DNA from: a virus
Reading direction: 5' to 3' (one strand)
Virus record (IMG/VR): IMGVR_UViG_3300027749_000044
DNA length: 64,000 nucleotides
A model generated the notes under the pieces. The model did no database searches, was not told where the DNA came from, and was given only the letters and a program-made list of their open reading frames with translations. Shown piece by piece: positions 30,870 through 40,960 of this stretch. The number at the start of each line of letters is the position of its first letter. Position 1 is the first letter of the stretch. The position numbers and the translations under genes are program-made.

Positions 30870-31108
30870 CCGAAGAAGAATTGTATGAACAGGCAATTAA
30901 AAATGATCCGTTGCGTCAGCGCCTACATGAATTATTCAATCAATTTAATGGAATGACCCGACAATATATTTTACAAAAATATTCAGGCATTTTTAATTAT
31001 TATTATGAAATTAATAATGAGCAACTTGAGGATTTGGTTTCCAAAATGGAAAAAGCTCTCATGAAAGAAGAAGAACGTTTGTTTAATTTGTATAAGGATG
31101 AACTATAA
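30866..31108 (+). CDS. Hypothetical protein
   Basis: ATGA overlap. Confidence 0.55.
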   Translation: MTEEELYEQAIKNDPLRQRLHELFNQFNGMTRQYILQKYSGIFNYYYEINNEQLEDLVSKMEKALMKEEERLFNLYKDEL

Positions 31109-32199
31109 TGGCTCGACCAGCCAAGAAAAAAACTATGAGTCGCCGAGGAGCTAAACTTGCCGGCGATAAATTCATGGGTACAGAACCAGAACTTCCTATG
31201 ATTTATACTCAATGCGATCTTATACAAACTCTCAATTGGTATAATTACATGTATGATCATACAGAAGGTATGAATTGGATCGTAGAATGGGCAGAAAATG
31301 CAGGATATACTCCAAAATCGATTGAAATTTTAAAGAAAGTTGATCCTAGACAATTTTCATTTACAACAATGTCTTTGTCTAGGATTGATATGAATACACC
31401 CGCATTGGATGACCGACTGAAGTTAAAAATCAAAGCTCAAGTTGATGATTTGATTTCAAAGAGCATGGAACCAAAAGATGTTGTTGTCGTAAAGCTTGCG
31501 CCGACCGTACAAGACCGAGTGAAAGAAAAAACAAATAATATAATTGCAGAATTCGATTTCGCAATTGACAATCGTGATCTGGAAATGGATCCATATTCGT
31601 TCATGAAATCACAAGAAATTAAACCTGTACATGCAGCAAAAATTATTTCTTATTATTCGCGAATTGTCGATGAATATAAAAATGCGGATACTCTATCCCA
31701 TATGACTAAGGCGAACGCGAAAAAATTGGTTGCCTTTCTTGAAAAAATAGTGGAAGCTGGTAAAGCTATCCAATCCACAGGCAAGGTGACTAGGGCTGCA
31801 CGTAAGCCAAAACCCAAGGCCGCAAGCCAACTGGTGTCAAAGTTTAATTATGCAAAAGAAAATACGGAATATAAAATTGTATCCATCGATCCAACTGGAA
31901 TCATTGGTGCATCTACTCTCTGGGTTTTTAATCCCCGATATAAGCATATCACATATTATGAGTCTGACACTTCCCTTACTGTTAAGGGCACGACCATCAT
32001 CGGATACAATAATGAAAAGTCTTTTAGACTTAGGGTGAGAAAACCTGCCGATGCAACTAAACTCATTTTATCTTCAACTAAAGCTCAATTGACAAAAATG
32101 GCCAAAAATAAGAACCTAAATACATTGAAGGCCACAAACGTCTCTTTGTTTACTGGCAGAACAACCGAAGATGCAATTTTGTTGAGAGTAGATAGATAA
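31108..32199 (+). CDS. Conserved T4-like hypothetical protein
   Basis: MGTEP..LNWYNY..SIDP..IIGA..LWVFN..VKGTTI. Confidence 0.75.
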   Translation: MARPAKKKTMSRRGAKLAGDKFMGTEPELPMIYTQCDLIQTLNWYNYMYDHTEGMNWIVEWAENAGYTPKSIEILKKVDPRQFSFTTMSLSRIDMNTPALDDRLKLKIKAQVDDLISKSMEPKDVVVVKLAPTVQDRVKEKTNNIIAEFDFAIDNRDLEMDPYSFMKSQEIKPVHAAKIISYYSRIVDEYKNADTLSHMTKANAKKLVAFLEKIVEAGKAIQSTGKVTRAARKPKPKAASQLVSKFNYAKENTEYKIVSIDPTGIIGASTLWVFNPRYKHITYYESDTSLTVKGTTIIGYNNEKSFRLRVRKPADATKLILSSTKAQLTKMAKNKNLNTLKATNVSLFTGRTTEDAILLRVDR

Positions 32200-32579
32200 T
32201 GTCAAACACCGCGGTTAGTAATTCTGATAACGTAATTCAATTTCCTAAAACAAATGTATGGGGCGATTTGTCGCACATTACAAATTTAGAAAAAGCCGTC
32301 GAAGAAGCTGAGACCGCCCGAGCATATTATGCCGAATTAACCGCCGATGAAATTATGGGATTTGTTCTTGCCAAATGCCAAATTGCAGGGTATTCTATGT
32401 TAGAAGGCCCCGAAAATGTCCGGGATGCGGTAATGATCAGTGAAGCAATTAAATCTATGTTATTGCGTAGTCAAGGTATAAATCATCCTATACAAGAATT
32501 TGTGGATGATATAATTGACCTAGATAACATACCCGAAGAAAAATTGCCGGTATCAAATTTAGATTATGAAGATGAATGA
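32199..32579 (+). CDS. Conserved hypothetical protein
   Basis: NVIQFP..EAIKSMLLR..HPIQ; upstream of rnh. Confidence 0.7.
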   Translation: MSNTAVSNSDNVIQFPKTNVWGDLSHITNLEKAVEEAETARAYYAELTADEIMGFVLAKCQIAGYSMLEGPENVRDAVMISEAIKSMLLRSQGINHPIQEFVDDIIDLDNIPEEKLPVSNLDYEDE

Positions 32580-32598
32580 ATATGTTTCTTAAGAATGG

Positions 32599-33450
32599 AT
32601 GGCAATGATTATTCTTGATCTATCTCAAGTGATGATTTCAACTTTGATGGCCCAAATTGGCAACCATCATAATGCTGAAATCGACGAAAATTTGCTTAGG
32701 CATATGGTGCTCAATAGCGTCAGAGCAAATAAGCGCAAATTCGCCGACGAATATGGCGAATTCGTAATTGCATGTGACGGCCGTCATAGCTGGCGCAAAG
32801 ATGTATTTCCATTTTATAAGGCTAATCGTAAAAAGAATCGTGAAGAGTCTGAACTAAACTGGACCCTTATCTTCGAAAGTCTAGGTAAAATTCGAGACGA
32901 ATTGAAAGAGTATTTTCCATATAGAGTAATTCAACTCGACACCGCTGAAGCCGACGACATTATTGCGACGTTAGTCAAAGAAAATCAAGGCGAACGAATT
33001 TTGATTGTTTCTGGCGACAAAGATTTCCAACAATTACAAAAATATCCTTTCGTCCAACAATACGATCCAACACGAAAAAAGTTCTTGCAATGTAATTCCC
33101 CGTCTGCCTTCCTGAAAGAGCATATACTCAAGGGCGATACCAGTGATGGTGTTCCTAATTTTCTTTCTGAAGATAATTGTCTTGTTGTTGGAGTTAGACA
33201 AAAATCCGTCACCACCAAGAAGTTGGCATATTGGCTCAATCAAGAACCAGAAACATTTTGTAATTCATATATGCTAAGAAACTATAAACGTAATCAACAA
33301 TTGATTGATTTTGATTTCATTCCGGAAGAAATTCAAAAATCCATCGTTTCTATATATAATGAACAAGAAAATAAAGGTCGCGAAAAGTTATTTAACTATT
33401 TCGTCCAATTCAAACTCAAACACCTATTAACTGATATTGGTGATTTTTAA
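32599..33450 (+). CDS. rnh: RNase H / 5'-3' flap exonuclease
   Basis: WRK..FPFYKANR, EADDIIA, SGDKDF.QL, GDTSDGVPN. Confidence 0.95.
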   Translation: MAMIILDLSQVMISTLMAQIGNHHNAEIDENLLRHMVLNSVRANKRKFADEYGEFVIACDGRHSWRKDVFPFYKANRKKNREESELNWTLIFESLGKIRDELKEYFPYRVIQLDTAEADDIIATLVKENQGERILIVSGDKDFQQLQKYPFVQQYDPTRKKFLQCNSPSAFLKEHILKGDTSDGVPNFLSEDNCLVVGVRQKSVTTKKLAYWLNQEPETFCNSYMLRNYKRNQQLIDFDFIPEEIQKSIVSIYNEQENKGREKLFNYFVQFKLKHLLTDIGDF

Positions 33451-33460
33451 GGATTAAAAA

Positions 33461-34045
33461 ATGGCAAAACTACCCGGCGTAGCCGAGATTCTAAAGGGTG
33501 TCAACGAAAAGACAACTGAACAAGAACGACAAGATGTATTGGCAGGGCATTGGCCAAATACGACAATGCTTAAGATTCTTCGCGGCTTCTGGGCCGAAGA
33601 TCAAATTTTAGACCTTCCTGCTGGAACACCACCTTACACCCCAGCAAAAAAGAGCCAAGATTTGCAAGGTTCTCTGTATAGAGAAATCAAGAAGATGTAT
33701 ATTTTTCTTCCTGAAACAAAAGCCCAACGTGTACGTAAAGAACAACTTTTCATTGAAATGTTAGAAGTACTGGATCCTGATGATGCGGCATTGATTGTTG
33801 CTATGAAGGATAGAAAGATGCCATACGAAAACATTACAGAGGATCTGGTTCGAAAGACTTTTCCAGACTTGCTACCTCCTCGTCCGTTTCAAGCTGAAAG
33901 TCCAATTGAGACTACAGAAAATAAAAAGGTGGCTACTATTTCCGTTCCACACGGCGCTAAGCCTCCTAAAGCAAATTCTACCAACCAAGCAAAAGTAGCC
34001 GCGTGGTACGCCCGCCAGGCTGAAATCGAAGCAAATAGAAAGTAA
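33461..34045 (+). CDS. Conserved T4-like hypothetical protein
   Basis: LP.GTPPY..RKEQLFIEMLE.L.P.DA..MKD. Confidence 0.75.
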   Translation: MAKLPGVAEILKGVNEKTTEQERQDVLAGHWPNTTMLKILRGFWAEDQILDLPAGTPPYTPAKKSQDLQGSLYREIKKMYIFLPETKAQRVRKEQLFIEMLEVLDPDDAALIVAMKDRKMPYENITEDLVRKTFPDLLPPRPFQAESPIETTENKKVATISVPHGAKPPKANSTNQAKVAAWYARQAEIEANRK

Positions 34046-34225
34046 GGATATACGTTACCTATGGGAAAGTCTAGACACCGTGATGCTCGGGATTATGTTG
34101 AGTATAGAGAATATGATGTTGACCCGGAAGAACCTCTCCGGCATAGACGAGAAAAACGACTAAAAAACGCCCTAAGAAGTATGGATATCGATGTTCTTTT
34201 AGAAGACGACGAGGATGATCAATAA

Positions 34226-34495
34226 ATGACTAAAGAATATATTAAATGGAACAAGGAAATTCCAATTGCACTCCAAGAAATCCTTGAAAAAGTAACAGCA
34301 GAATTTGCTAAAATTGAGGCTGAACGTCTAGAGCGGCAAAAAGATTTGGATAAAATTGAAGTTCTCAAGTCAGAAATTAAACGTTTGACTGAACAATTCG
34401 AATTGGTTGTCGAAGCAAATAAAGCATTGGGTAACAAAAATGCCGCATTGAACACTGTTTTGGTAAATGTTAAGAATGTCCTAAGAGATGTCTGA
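34226..34495 (+). CDS. Coiled-coil hypothetical protein
   Basis: Heptad pattern; GAGGA RBS. Confidence 0.6.
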   Translation: MTKEYIKWNKEIPIALQEILEKVTAEFAKIEAERLERQKDLDKIEVLKSEIKRLTEQFELVVEANKALGNKNAALNTVLVNVKNVLRDV

Positions 34496-34868
34496 TATTG
34501 CAGATACACATTATTGGGGGTATCATTTGCTCCTAGATTGCGCCGAGTGCGACATACAATCAATTACTGACCCGGAAACATTGAAGTCTTTTGCTGAAAC
34601 TTTGGTTAAAGAAATCGACATGGTGGCATATGGTGATCCACAGATCATTCATTTTGGCCATGGAGAAGATCATCTTGCTGGTTGGACCGTTATTCAATTA
34701 ATCGAAACGTCCAATATTATCGCTCATTTTTGTGATAATACACAAGAAGGTTATATCGATATTTTTTCATGTAAACCATATGATGAAAAAATTGCAATTG
34801 ATGTTGTTCGAAGATTTTTTAATCCAAAAACAATTCGGCGAAATTTTCTTACGAGACAGGCACATTAA
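34488..34868 (+). CDS. speD: S-adenosylmethionine decarboxylase-family pyruvoyl enzyme
   Basis: GYHLLLD..LIETSNI.AHF..DIFSCK; self-cleavage Ser in ETS. Confidence 0.85.
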   Translation: MSDIADTHYWGYHLLLDCAECDIQSITDPETLKSFAETLVKEIDMVAYGDPQIIHFGHGEDHLAGWTVIQLIETSNIIAHFCDNTQEGYIDIFSCKPYDEKIAIDVVRRFFNPKTIRRNFLTRQAH

Positions 34869-34905
34869 TGGTTGCCATCCTACGGCAACCATGTAGGATA
34901 TAATT

Positions 34906-35475
34906 ATGACAAAGATTCTTTATATTAATGGGTTTGGTGGCGGCGGCCGGTCTCCTAAATTGGATGCACTGGAAGCCGCTTTCCCCGGACAAGTGGTCGC
35001 CCCGTATATTTCTGCCCGCGCGGATGATGCATTTCGGCAAATTTGCTGGGAAGCAGGCAGAATTTATGAAAAAAACAATAGCATAATTTTCGTTGGAACG
35101 AGTCTAGGTGGATTTTGGTCTGCATTTTTCTCCACTTATTTTGGAGAAAAAGCTGTCATGTTGAATCCAAGTCTTGACCCAGGCAAATCTTTGACAAAAT
35201 ATGTTGGGCGAGAAATCGACGGAAAAGAATGGATGTTCTGTGACGCACTAGCGTACAATGAATATAAATTAAAGTTAAATGACGGGATTCCAAGAATTGT
35301 TCTGTGTGAAATGGGCGACGATATCATTTCTAGTGATGATGTGATCGAACAACTCGGTATGAATCAAGAGCATCATGCGGAATTTCATTTGCTTCCTGGT
35401 GGTTCCCACCGGTTCGAAAACTATCCTGCTATGATCGATGCCATCAAGCGGCTGATGAATCAAGAACCTCACTGA
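34906..35475 (+). CDS. YqiA/YcfP-like alpha/beta hydrolase
   Basis: ILYINGF, GTSLGG nucleophile elbow, LNPS, GDD, GGSHRF. Confidence 0.85.
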   Translation: MTKILYINGFGGGGRSPKLDALEAAFPGQVVAPYISARADDAFRQICWEAGRIYEKNNSIIFVGTSLGGFWSAFFSTYFGEKAVMLNPSLDPGKSLTKYVGREIDGKEWMFCDALAYNEYKLKLNDGIPRIVLCEMGDDIISSDDVIEQLGMNQEHHAEFHLLPGGSHRFENYPAMIDAIKRLMNQEPH

Positions 35476-35511
35476 AAGCATAAATACTCTCCAGAATAGG
35501 AGATGTTATTG

Positions 35512-36105
35512 ATGCTTTCATACAGTAATTATATCACTGAACATTGGCTAAATTTTGTCGGAAATCATCCCGACAAAGAAAAACATAAGCATGAAGTCTT
35601 TAAGTTACTTCAAGATGCATATAAACCAATTGGCGGCATTCATGGATCAGGATTCAAAGATGCTGATGACATGGTTAAAAATGTTCCCATGTGGAAACTC
35701 AAGAAACATAAAGGCAAGATCGTCTCGGCCGCGTTATACAAAGATAAAGGCGGCCGTAAAAGAGTTGCGGTGGCTACCGATGGATCAGACGAAGGCAAAA
35801 AACATCTTGCCACAATTATGTCAGATGACGTAAAACGCAATCGTGCGTATGCAGAACAATCAGGTCCTTCCCTTAAATTTTTGAAGCGGCATTTGCCTGA
35901 TGGTCACCTAGAAAAAGCTGCTATTCATCCAGAAGCCGTCAAGAAATTGATGCCAGATGATGAAATTGATACTCATGTTCCTGATGATGATCCAGAAGTC
36001 AAGGCACATCCAGAACTAAAACATAAATTTTATAGACGTAAAATTGGCGGGGAATGGCACACAAAGTTGTCGTTAGGAACACCCGGGAATGAGATTAAGG
36101 ATTAA
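35512..36105 (+). CDS. His-rich putative internal head protein
   Basis: CATAAATA late promoter; N-terminus MLSYSNYITE. Confidence 0.65.
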   Translation: MLSYSNYITEHWLNFVGNHPDKEKHKHEVFKLLQDAYKPIGGIHGSGFKDADDMVKNVPMWKLKKHKGKIVSAALYKDKGGRKRVAVATDGSDEGKKHLATIMSDDVKRNRAYAEQSGPSLKFLKRHLPDGHLEKAAIHPEAVKKLMPDDEIDTHVPDDDPEVKAHPELKHKFYRRKIGGEWHTKLSLGTPGNEIKD

Positions 36106-36106
36106 T

Positions 36107-36397
36107 ATGCCCTATTATAAATTTTTTAATCATGAAACAAATGAAGAATATATCCAATTTATGGGTATTTCTGAAGCAGATACTTTTTTGGAAAATAATC
36201 CCCACATCGAACGCAAAGTAAACGGTGCACCTGGTCTCCACAGCGGCATTGGTCTTGGCGGCGGACTTAAAGTGGATTCAGGATTTAATGATCTACTCGG
36301 ACGAATTAAAGGTAAACACTCAGAAAGTTCAACTCTCGGCGGCGCTAAGCTTACCGAGAAATACGGATTAGCCAGGAGTACAATCCAGACAAAGTAA
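36107..36397 (+). CDS. Conserved T4-like small protein
   Basis: MPYYKF..FLENNPHI..GFNDLL.RIK; precedes phoH. Confidence 0.7.
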   Translation: MPYYKFFNHETNEEYIQFMGISEADTFLENNPHIERKVNGAPGLHSGIGLGGGLKVDSGFNDLLGRIKGKHSESSTLGGAKLTEKYGLARSTIQTK

Positions 36398-36462
36398 CCT
36401 GGCTATTGATTATGTGCGCCGTGACTATATCACGTAAAAACAAGGCACACGGAGAAAATCAA

Positions 36463-37239
36463 ATGGCCTTAGATTCATATACAGACGAAGACCAAGCTTT
36501 CCTATCTAGAAGACAAAGAAAGGCTGCCAGAAAAAATCCTAATAGACAACACATTCAAACCCAACATAAGCCAGAACCAAAAGGGTTACATTTAAAGTCT
36601 ATTGTACCAATTACCGAAAATCAAAGAGACGTATTTTATCAATATGCTTCCGACAAGCATCTTTTATTGCTTGGATCGGCCGGCACAGGTAAAACTTTCT
36701 TAAGCTTCTTTCTTGCATTGTCTGACGTTGCTAAAGAAGAAGAATACGAAAGAGTTGTTGTTATTAGATCGGCAGTCCAAAGCCGAGACCAAGGATTTTT
36801 GCCAGGTAGTGTTGCTGAAAAATCTAAAGTATATGAATTGCCATATCAAGCTATTTGCACTGAACTCTATAATCGCGGAGATGCATATTCAATCCTAAAA
36901 GGAAAAGGGCAAATTGAATTCATTACAACTTCATTCGTCCGCGGTATTACTTTAAAAAATTGCATTGTAATTGTGGATGAAATCCAGAATCTTTCTGGTC
37001 CTGAGCTGAATGCCGTTATGACGAGAGTCGGTGAAAATTGCAAAATTATTTTTTGTGGTGATTTCAAACAGTCCGATTTGACAAAAGAACAAGAAAGAAT
37101 GGGACTAAAATCATTCGTAAAAGTCATTGACAAATTGGACCAATTTGCTACAATCAACTTTACTCGAAATGATATCGTAAGGTCGAAACTCGTTAAAGAC
37201 TTCATTATCGCATGTGAGGATCTAAACATCGTATTATAG
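36463..37239 (+). CDS. phoH: PhoH-like ATPase
   Basis: GSAGTGKT, GFLPG, SFVRG.T, VDEIQN, TRVG..GD..QSD, DIVRS. Confidence 0.95.
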   Translation: MALDSYTDEDQAFLSRRQRKAARKNPNRQHIQTQHKPEPKGLHLKSIVPITENQRDVFYQYASDKHLLLLGSAGTGKTFLSFFLALSDVAKEEEYERVVVIRSAVQSRDQGFLPGSVAEKSKVYELPYQAICTELYNRGDAYSILKGKGQIEFITTSFVRGITLKNCIVIVDEIQNLSGPELNAVMTRVGENCKIIFCGDFKQSDLTKEQERMGLKSFVKVIDKLDQFATINFTRNDIVRSKLVKDFIIACEDLNIVL

Positions 37240-37246
37240 GAATGTA

Positions 37247-37924
37247 ATGTATACACTGAAATTAATAAAAACGCCGGAGTTAGAAGTAAAAACGACTGAT
37301 TCCGGCCGTTTTTATACCACGCCAGAAGGCAATGTTTACCCATCGGTTACCACCGTACTTGGTTCTTTTGAAAAAGAATATCTACAAAAGTGGATTAAAC
37401 GGGTAGGACAAGAAGAAGCAAACAAAATCCGCGACCAAGCCGGACGAAAAGGTACTGCGGTCCACCGAATGATTGAGCGTATGCTCCTCGGTGAAGATAA
37501 TATTTTCAAAGGCGAAATGCCAGTTAATATAGCACACTTCAAAACCATAAGAAAAGGTCTCGAAAAAAGATTAACGACGGTATATGCCATGGAAAATGCT
37601 CTATGGTCAAATAAATTAAAAGTTGCCGGTAGAGTTGATTGCATCGGTGATTATGATGGCAAATTATCTATTATTGATTTCAAGACATCCAATAAACTAA
37701 AAGACATCACTCAAATCGGTGATTACTTTATCCAAACCACAATGTACTCAATGATGTGGCAGGAAATCACAGGAATGAAGGTCGAACAATTGGTTATTGT
37801 CATGGTTGTTAACGACGAACCGGAACCTTTTATTTTTATCCAAAACAGGTCGGATTGGTTGGAATTGACCGCCAGAAAAATGTTCGATTATCAAAAAAAG
37901 ATGGTTGCCTCTTCCTCCATATAG
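37247..37924 (+). CDS. PD-(D/E)XK exonuclease
   Basis: YPSVTTVL, GTAVH, AGRVDC, IIDFKTS, YFIQ..Y. Confidence 0.88.
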   Translation: MYTLKLIKTPELEVKTTDSGRFYTTPEGNVYPSVTTVLGSFEKEYLQKWIKRVGQEEANKIRDQAGRKGTAVHRMIERMLLGEDNIFKGEMPVNIAHFKTIRKGLEKRLTTVYAMENALWSNKLKVAGRVDCIGDYDGKLSIIDFKTSNKLKDITQIGDYFIQTTMYSMMWQEITGMKVEQLVIVMVVNDEPEPFIFIQNRSDWLELTARKMFDYQKKMVASSSI

Positions 37925-37964
37925 GCTATTATGGAAAATGTAGAGAGCAACAGAGAGACACGAA

Positions 37965-38702
37965 ATGACTGCCGACCTTTCTTCGATCAAGGCACAAATC
38001 CGAGCCATGTCGAATAAGACCGTTGCAAATGGTTGCACGGAAGCCGAAGCAATGACCGCCATCGCTATGGTTGGTAAGTTGCTCCAAAAGTATAACCTCT
38101 CCATGGATGAAGTCCAACTGAGAGACGAAAAGTGCGATACTCTCCAAATTCATACAGGAAGCAAGCATAAGGACGGCCTCTATTATGCCGTCTCTGCTAT
38201 TGCTGATTTCTGTGACTGTAAGGTTTGGACCGTTCGCAGTAAGAACGGACTTTCTTATTCGTTTTTTGGACAAGAATCCGACCGTTTGATGGTCAGGTAT
38301 TTGTTCGATGTCATCACATCCGCCCTTAATACCGAACTGGCGGCGTATAAAACCACACCGGAATATAATCGCTGCCATGTGCGTGGTGTATCCAAGCGCG
38401 GAGCAAGCTCCTCCTTTGGTATCGGCATGGGCCGACGTATCAGCCAGCGCCTGTATGATATCATTCGGTCCAATCGTAAGGAAAACGAAACCACGGGTAA
38501 CAATGCGCTTGTGGTTCTTAAGAGCCAATTGGTGTCCGACGCATATGCTAATCTCCAGCTTCGCCTTAAGAAGGCTTATTCCAACACCACTGTTACGGAT
38601 GGCCAATCTTATTATAAGGGCGCCGAGGCTGCCAACCGAGTAAACCTCAACCGTCCTGTTAACGGCCCGACCAATTCGGTTTTGGCCATCGGCAATCGAT
38701 AA
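37965..38702 (+). CDS. DUF2786-like early protein
   Basis: IRAM..TEAEA..A..LLQKYNLS N-terminal motif; GGTTGCC promoter upstream. Confidence 0.7.
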   Translation: MTADLSSIKAQIRAMSNKTVANGCTEAEAMTAIAMVGKLLQKYNLSMDEVQLRDEKCDTLQIHTGSKHKDGLYYAVSAIADFCDCKVWTVRSKNGLSYSFFGQESDRLMVRYLFDVITSALNTELAAYKTTPEYNRCHVRGVSKRGASSSFGIGMGRRISQRLYDIIRSNRKENETTGNNALVVLKSQLVSDAYANLQLRLKKAYSNTTVTDGQSYYKGAEAANRVNLNRPVNGPTNSVLAIGNR

Positions 38703-38786
38703 AAAAGTGAAATAGGTGGTTGCCTTATCGGCCATCTGTGTTATTATCATAATGTAAGTTGAAACCTCGAAAGAAAGAAATAGATT

Positions 38787-39734
38787 ATGTCTCATGAAAT
38801 TGAAATTATCAACGGCCAAGCCCAACATGTTTATGTTGGCGAAACGCCATGGCACGGGCTCGGAACGAAGGTTCCTAATGATCTAACGCCAGTCCAAATG
38901 CTCGGTGCTGCCGGGCTTGATTGGTCTGTAGAAAAGTATCCGGCTACAGTCGAAATTGCCGGCAAGCGAATCGAAACGGGCCATTCTGCCCTTGTTCGTT
39001 CGAGTGATAATAAGATTCTTGATGTGATTACCGACGATTGGAATCCTTGTCAGAATCTCGAAGCCTTTGAATTTTTCAATGACTTCATTGGCGCCGGTGA
39101 TATGGAAATGCACACTGCCGGCTCCCTCAAGGGCGGCAAGGTCGTTTGGGCACTTGCGAAGGTCCATGATTCCTTTGACCTGTTCGACGGAGATCGTGTA
39201 GAATCTTATCTACTCTTCACGAATCCACACCAATACGGACAGTCTATTGATATCCGGTTCACCCCTATTCGGGTTGTTTGTAACAACACTCTTACCCTGT
39301 CTTTGAATACAAAGTCTTCAAAGATGGCCAAGGTTTCTCATGCTCGCGTGTTCAATGCGGATGAAGTGAAGGAAACACTTGGTGTAGCCAAGGAAAAGCT
39401 CCAAACGTATAAGGAAATGGCTGCCTTTCTTGGATCGAAGCGATATACCGAAGAAACTGTGGTTGACTATTTCAAGCGCATTTTCCCTGGTACGTCGACC
39501 AAGAAGGAACTGTCTAAGAATGCTCGGGTTGGTCTTGCCCTACTCGAAACCCAACCTGGTGCCGAATATGCTCCAGGAACGTGGTGGACCGCCCTCAATG
39601 CGGTGACACACATGACTGACCATATTATTGGTCGCTCGGTGGATGCTCGCCTGACCAGCGCCTGGTTTGGCGCCAATAAGGGCCTTAAGGGCAAGGCTAT
39701 CGACCTTGCCGTCGAAATGGCAGAGGCATCTTAA
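38787..39734 (+). CDS. DUF932 / phage-plasmid LGT family protein
   Basis: TPWHGLG, AGLDW.V, QN.EAF.FF, TAGSL.GG, TPIRVVCNNTL. Confidence 0.88.
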   Translation: MSHEIEIINGQAQHVYVGETPWHGLGTKVPNDLTPVQMLGAAGLDWSVEKYPATVEIAGKRIETGHSALVRSSDNKILDVITDDWNPCQNLEAFEFFNDFIGAGDMEMHTAGSLKGGKVVWALAKVHDSFDLFDGDRVESYLLFTNPHQYGQSIDIRFTPIRVVCNNTLTLSLNTKSSKMAKVSHARVFNADEVKETLGVAKEKLQTYKEMAAFLGSKRYTEETVVDYFKRIFPGTSTKKELSKNARVGLALLETQPGAEYAPGTWWTALNAVTHMTDHIIGRSVDARLTSAWFGANKGLKGKAIDLAVEMAEAS

Positions 39735-39887
39735 TGGACCTAAAAGAGGTAGAAAAGGTTGCACTAGAGGAACTGGCCCGGGAGCAATTCCGGGCCAGGG
39801 TCGAAGAGGCAAAAGACAGACTCCGTAATCGGAAGTCTCTAATCCAAAAGATTTTCCCATTTAAAATCAGAATTGAAAGGATCTAAT

Positions 39888-40061
39888 ATGTTCGATATCA
39901 AGCAAGTTGAAGAAGAGGCCCGCAAGGAACTCGCAGACGAAAAGTCCACTGCTGCCAAGTCCAAGATCAAGGCTCACCTGGCTAAGATTGCGGCTGCCAA
40001 AAAGGTCGTTGCTAATCTTGAAGAAGAGTATCAAGTACTTCTACGGGATATCGGCGCGTAA
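39888..40061 (+). CDS. Small coiled-coil protein
   Basis: AAGGA RBS. Confidence 0.6.
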   Translation: MFDIKQVEEEARKELADEKSTAAKSKIKAHLAKIAAAKKVVANLEEEYQVLLRDIGA

Positions 40062-40669
40062 TGGCGGTCGACCGTTACTTTGAATTGTCGGTAGACCCCA
40101 TACTTTCCCGGCCGATTGAAGTACATTTTGGTTCATTCCGTAGTGATACATTTGCCCTGCAAAATGCAGGATGGAAATTATCATATGACAGAATGATGGA
40201 TGCAATGCACTATCGGCCTCGGCATTTGTTGGCCATGGAACACAGGGGCTATAATCTAAAAGGATTAGCCGAGGCTCATGGTGAAAATACGGACGTGTAT
40301 GGTTCATTGCGGGGCCAAAGATTGACCCAACCGATACAGTTTAATGTTATATCGATGGGCCGAGATGTTGTTTACGTCCAGCATCCTGCCCCGTTACATT
40401 TTAAAGATTTTAAATCCATCGACGCAGAGCCCGTGATTAGAGGTCCTATTCAACAGAAGATGTCGGACTTTGATATTTTTGCCTATGTTGAAAAGCCACC
40501 GGAACTAATCATTCCGGAAGAAAATGTTGACCAACTACTTCAAAGGATTCTAGACCTCCAGCAACCCGACCGAGAAAAAAGAATCATTGAAGCCGTACGT
40601 AATCAACATGGGGATAATATTTCTCCTGCTAAAAAGTCTTACGGTAACATCATTAGTTTGGTGGCCTAA
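40061..40669 (+). CDS. Hypothetical protein
   Basis: TAATG overlap; 202 aa. Confidence 0.65.
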   Translation: MAVDRYFELSVDPILSRPIEVHFGSFRSDTFALQNAGWKLSYDRMMDAMHYRPRHLLAMEHRGYNLKGLAEAHGENTDVYGSLRGQRLTQPIQFNVISMGRDVVYVQHPAPLHFKDFKSIDAEPVIRGPIQQKMSDFDIFAYVEKPPELIIPEENVDQLLQRILDLQQPDREKRIIEAVRNQHGDNISPAKKSYGNIISLVA

Positions 40670-40679
40670 GTAACAATAT

Positions 40680-40771
40680 GGCAGGATGGTAGAGCCTGGT
40701 TTATTGCACCGGTCTTGAAAACCGGAGAACCTGAAAGGGTTCCGTGGGTTCGAATCCCACTCCTGCCGCCA
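40680..40771 (+). tRNA. tRNA-Ser (UGA)
   Basis: ccggt-cttgaaa-accgg anticodon arm, long variable arm, TTCGAAT loop, G73, CCA. Confidence 0.93.
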
Positions 40772-40960
40772 TTTTTATGGTTGCCATATGGCGGCCATAT
40801 GTTATTATGAATTATAACGTGAAAAGAGAGAAACAAAATGCCGTATGAAGTGACGAGTGTTTCGGAAGTGAACGAATTTGCTATCGAAGCCAACGAATCG
40901 GCTTTGGCGAAGCGCGAGGTAGGGCGCCGGGCCGAAGCCGCGCGGTATGACTAAATAAGA

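Noticed and set aside
37929-38855. 308-aa minus-strand ORF and other long antisense ORFs (47159-48904 plus, 15981-16430 minus)
   Set aside because: Antisense shadows of recognisable genes, with no RBS or motifs.
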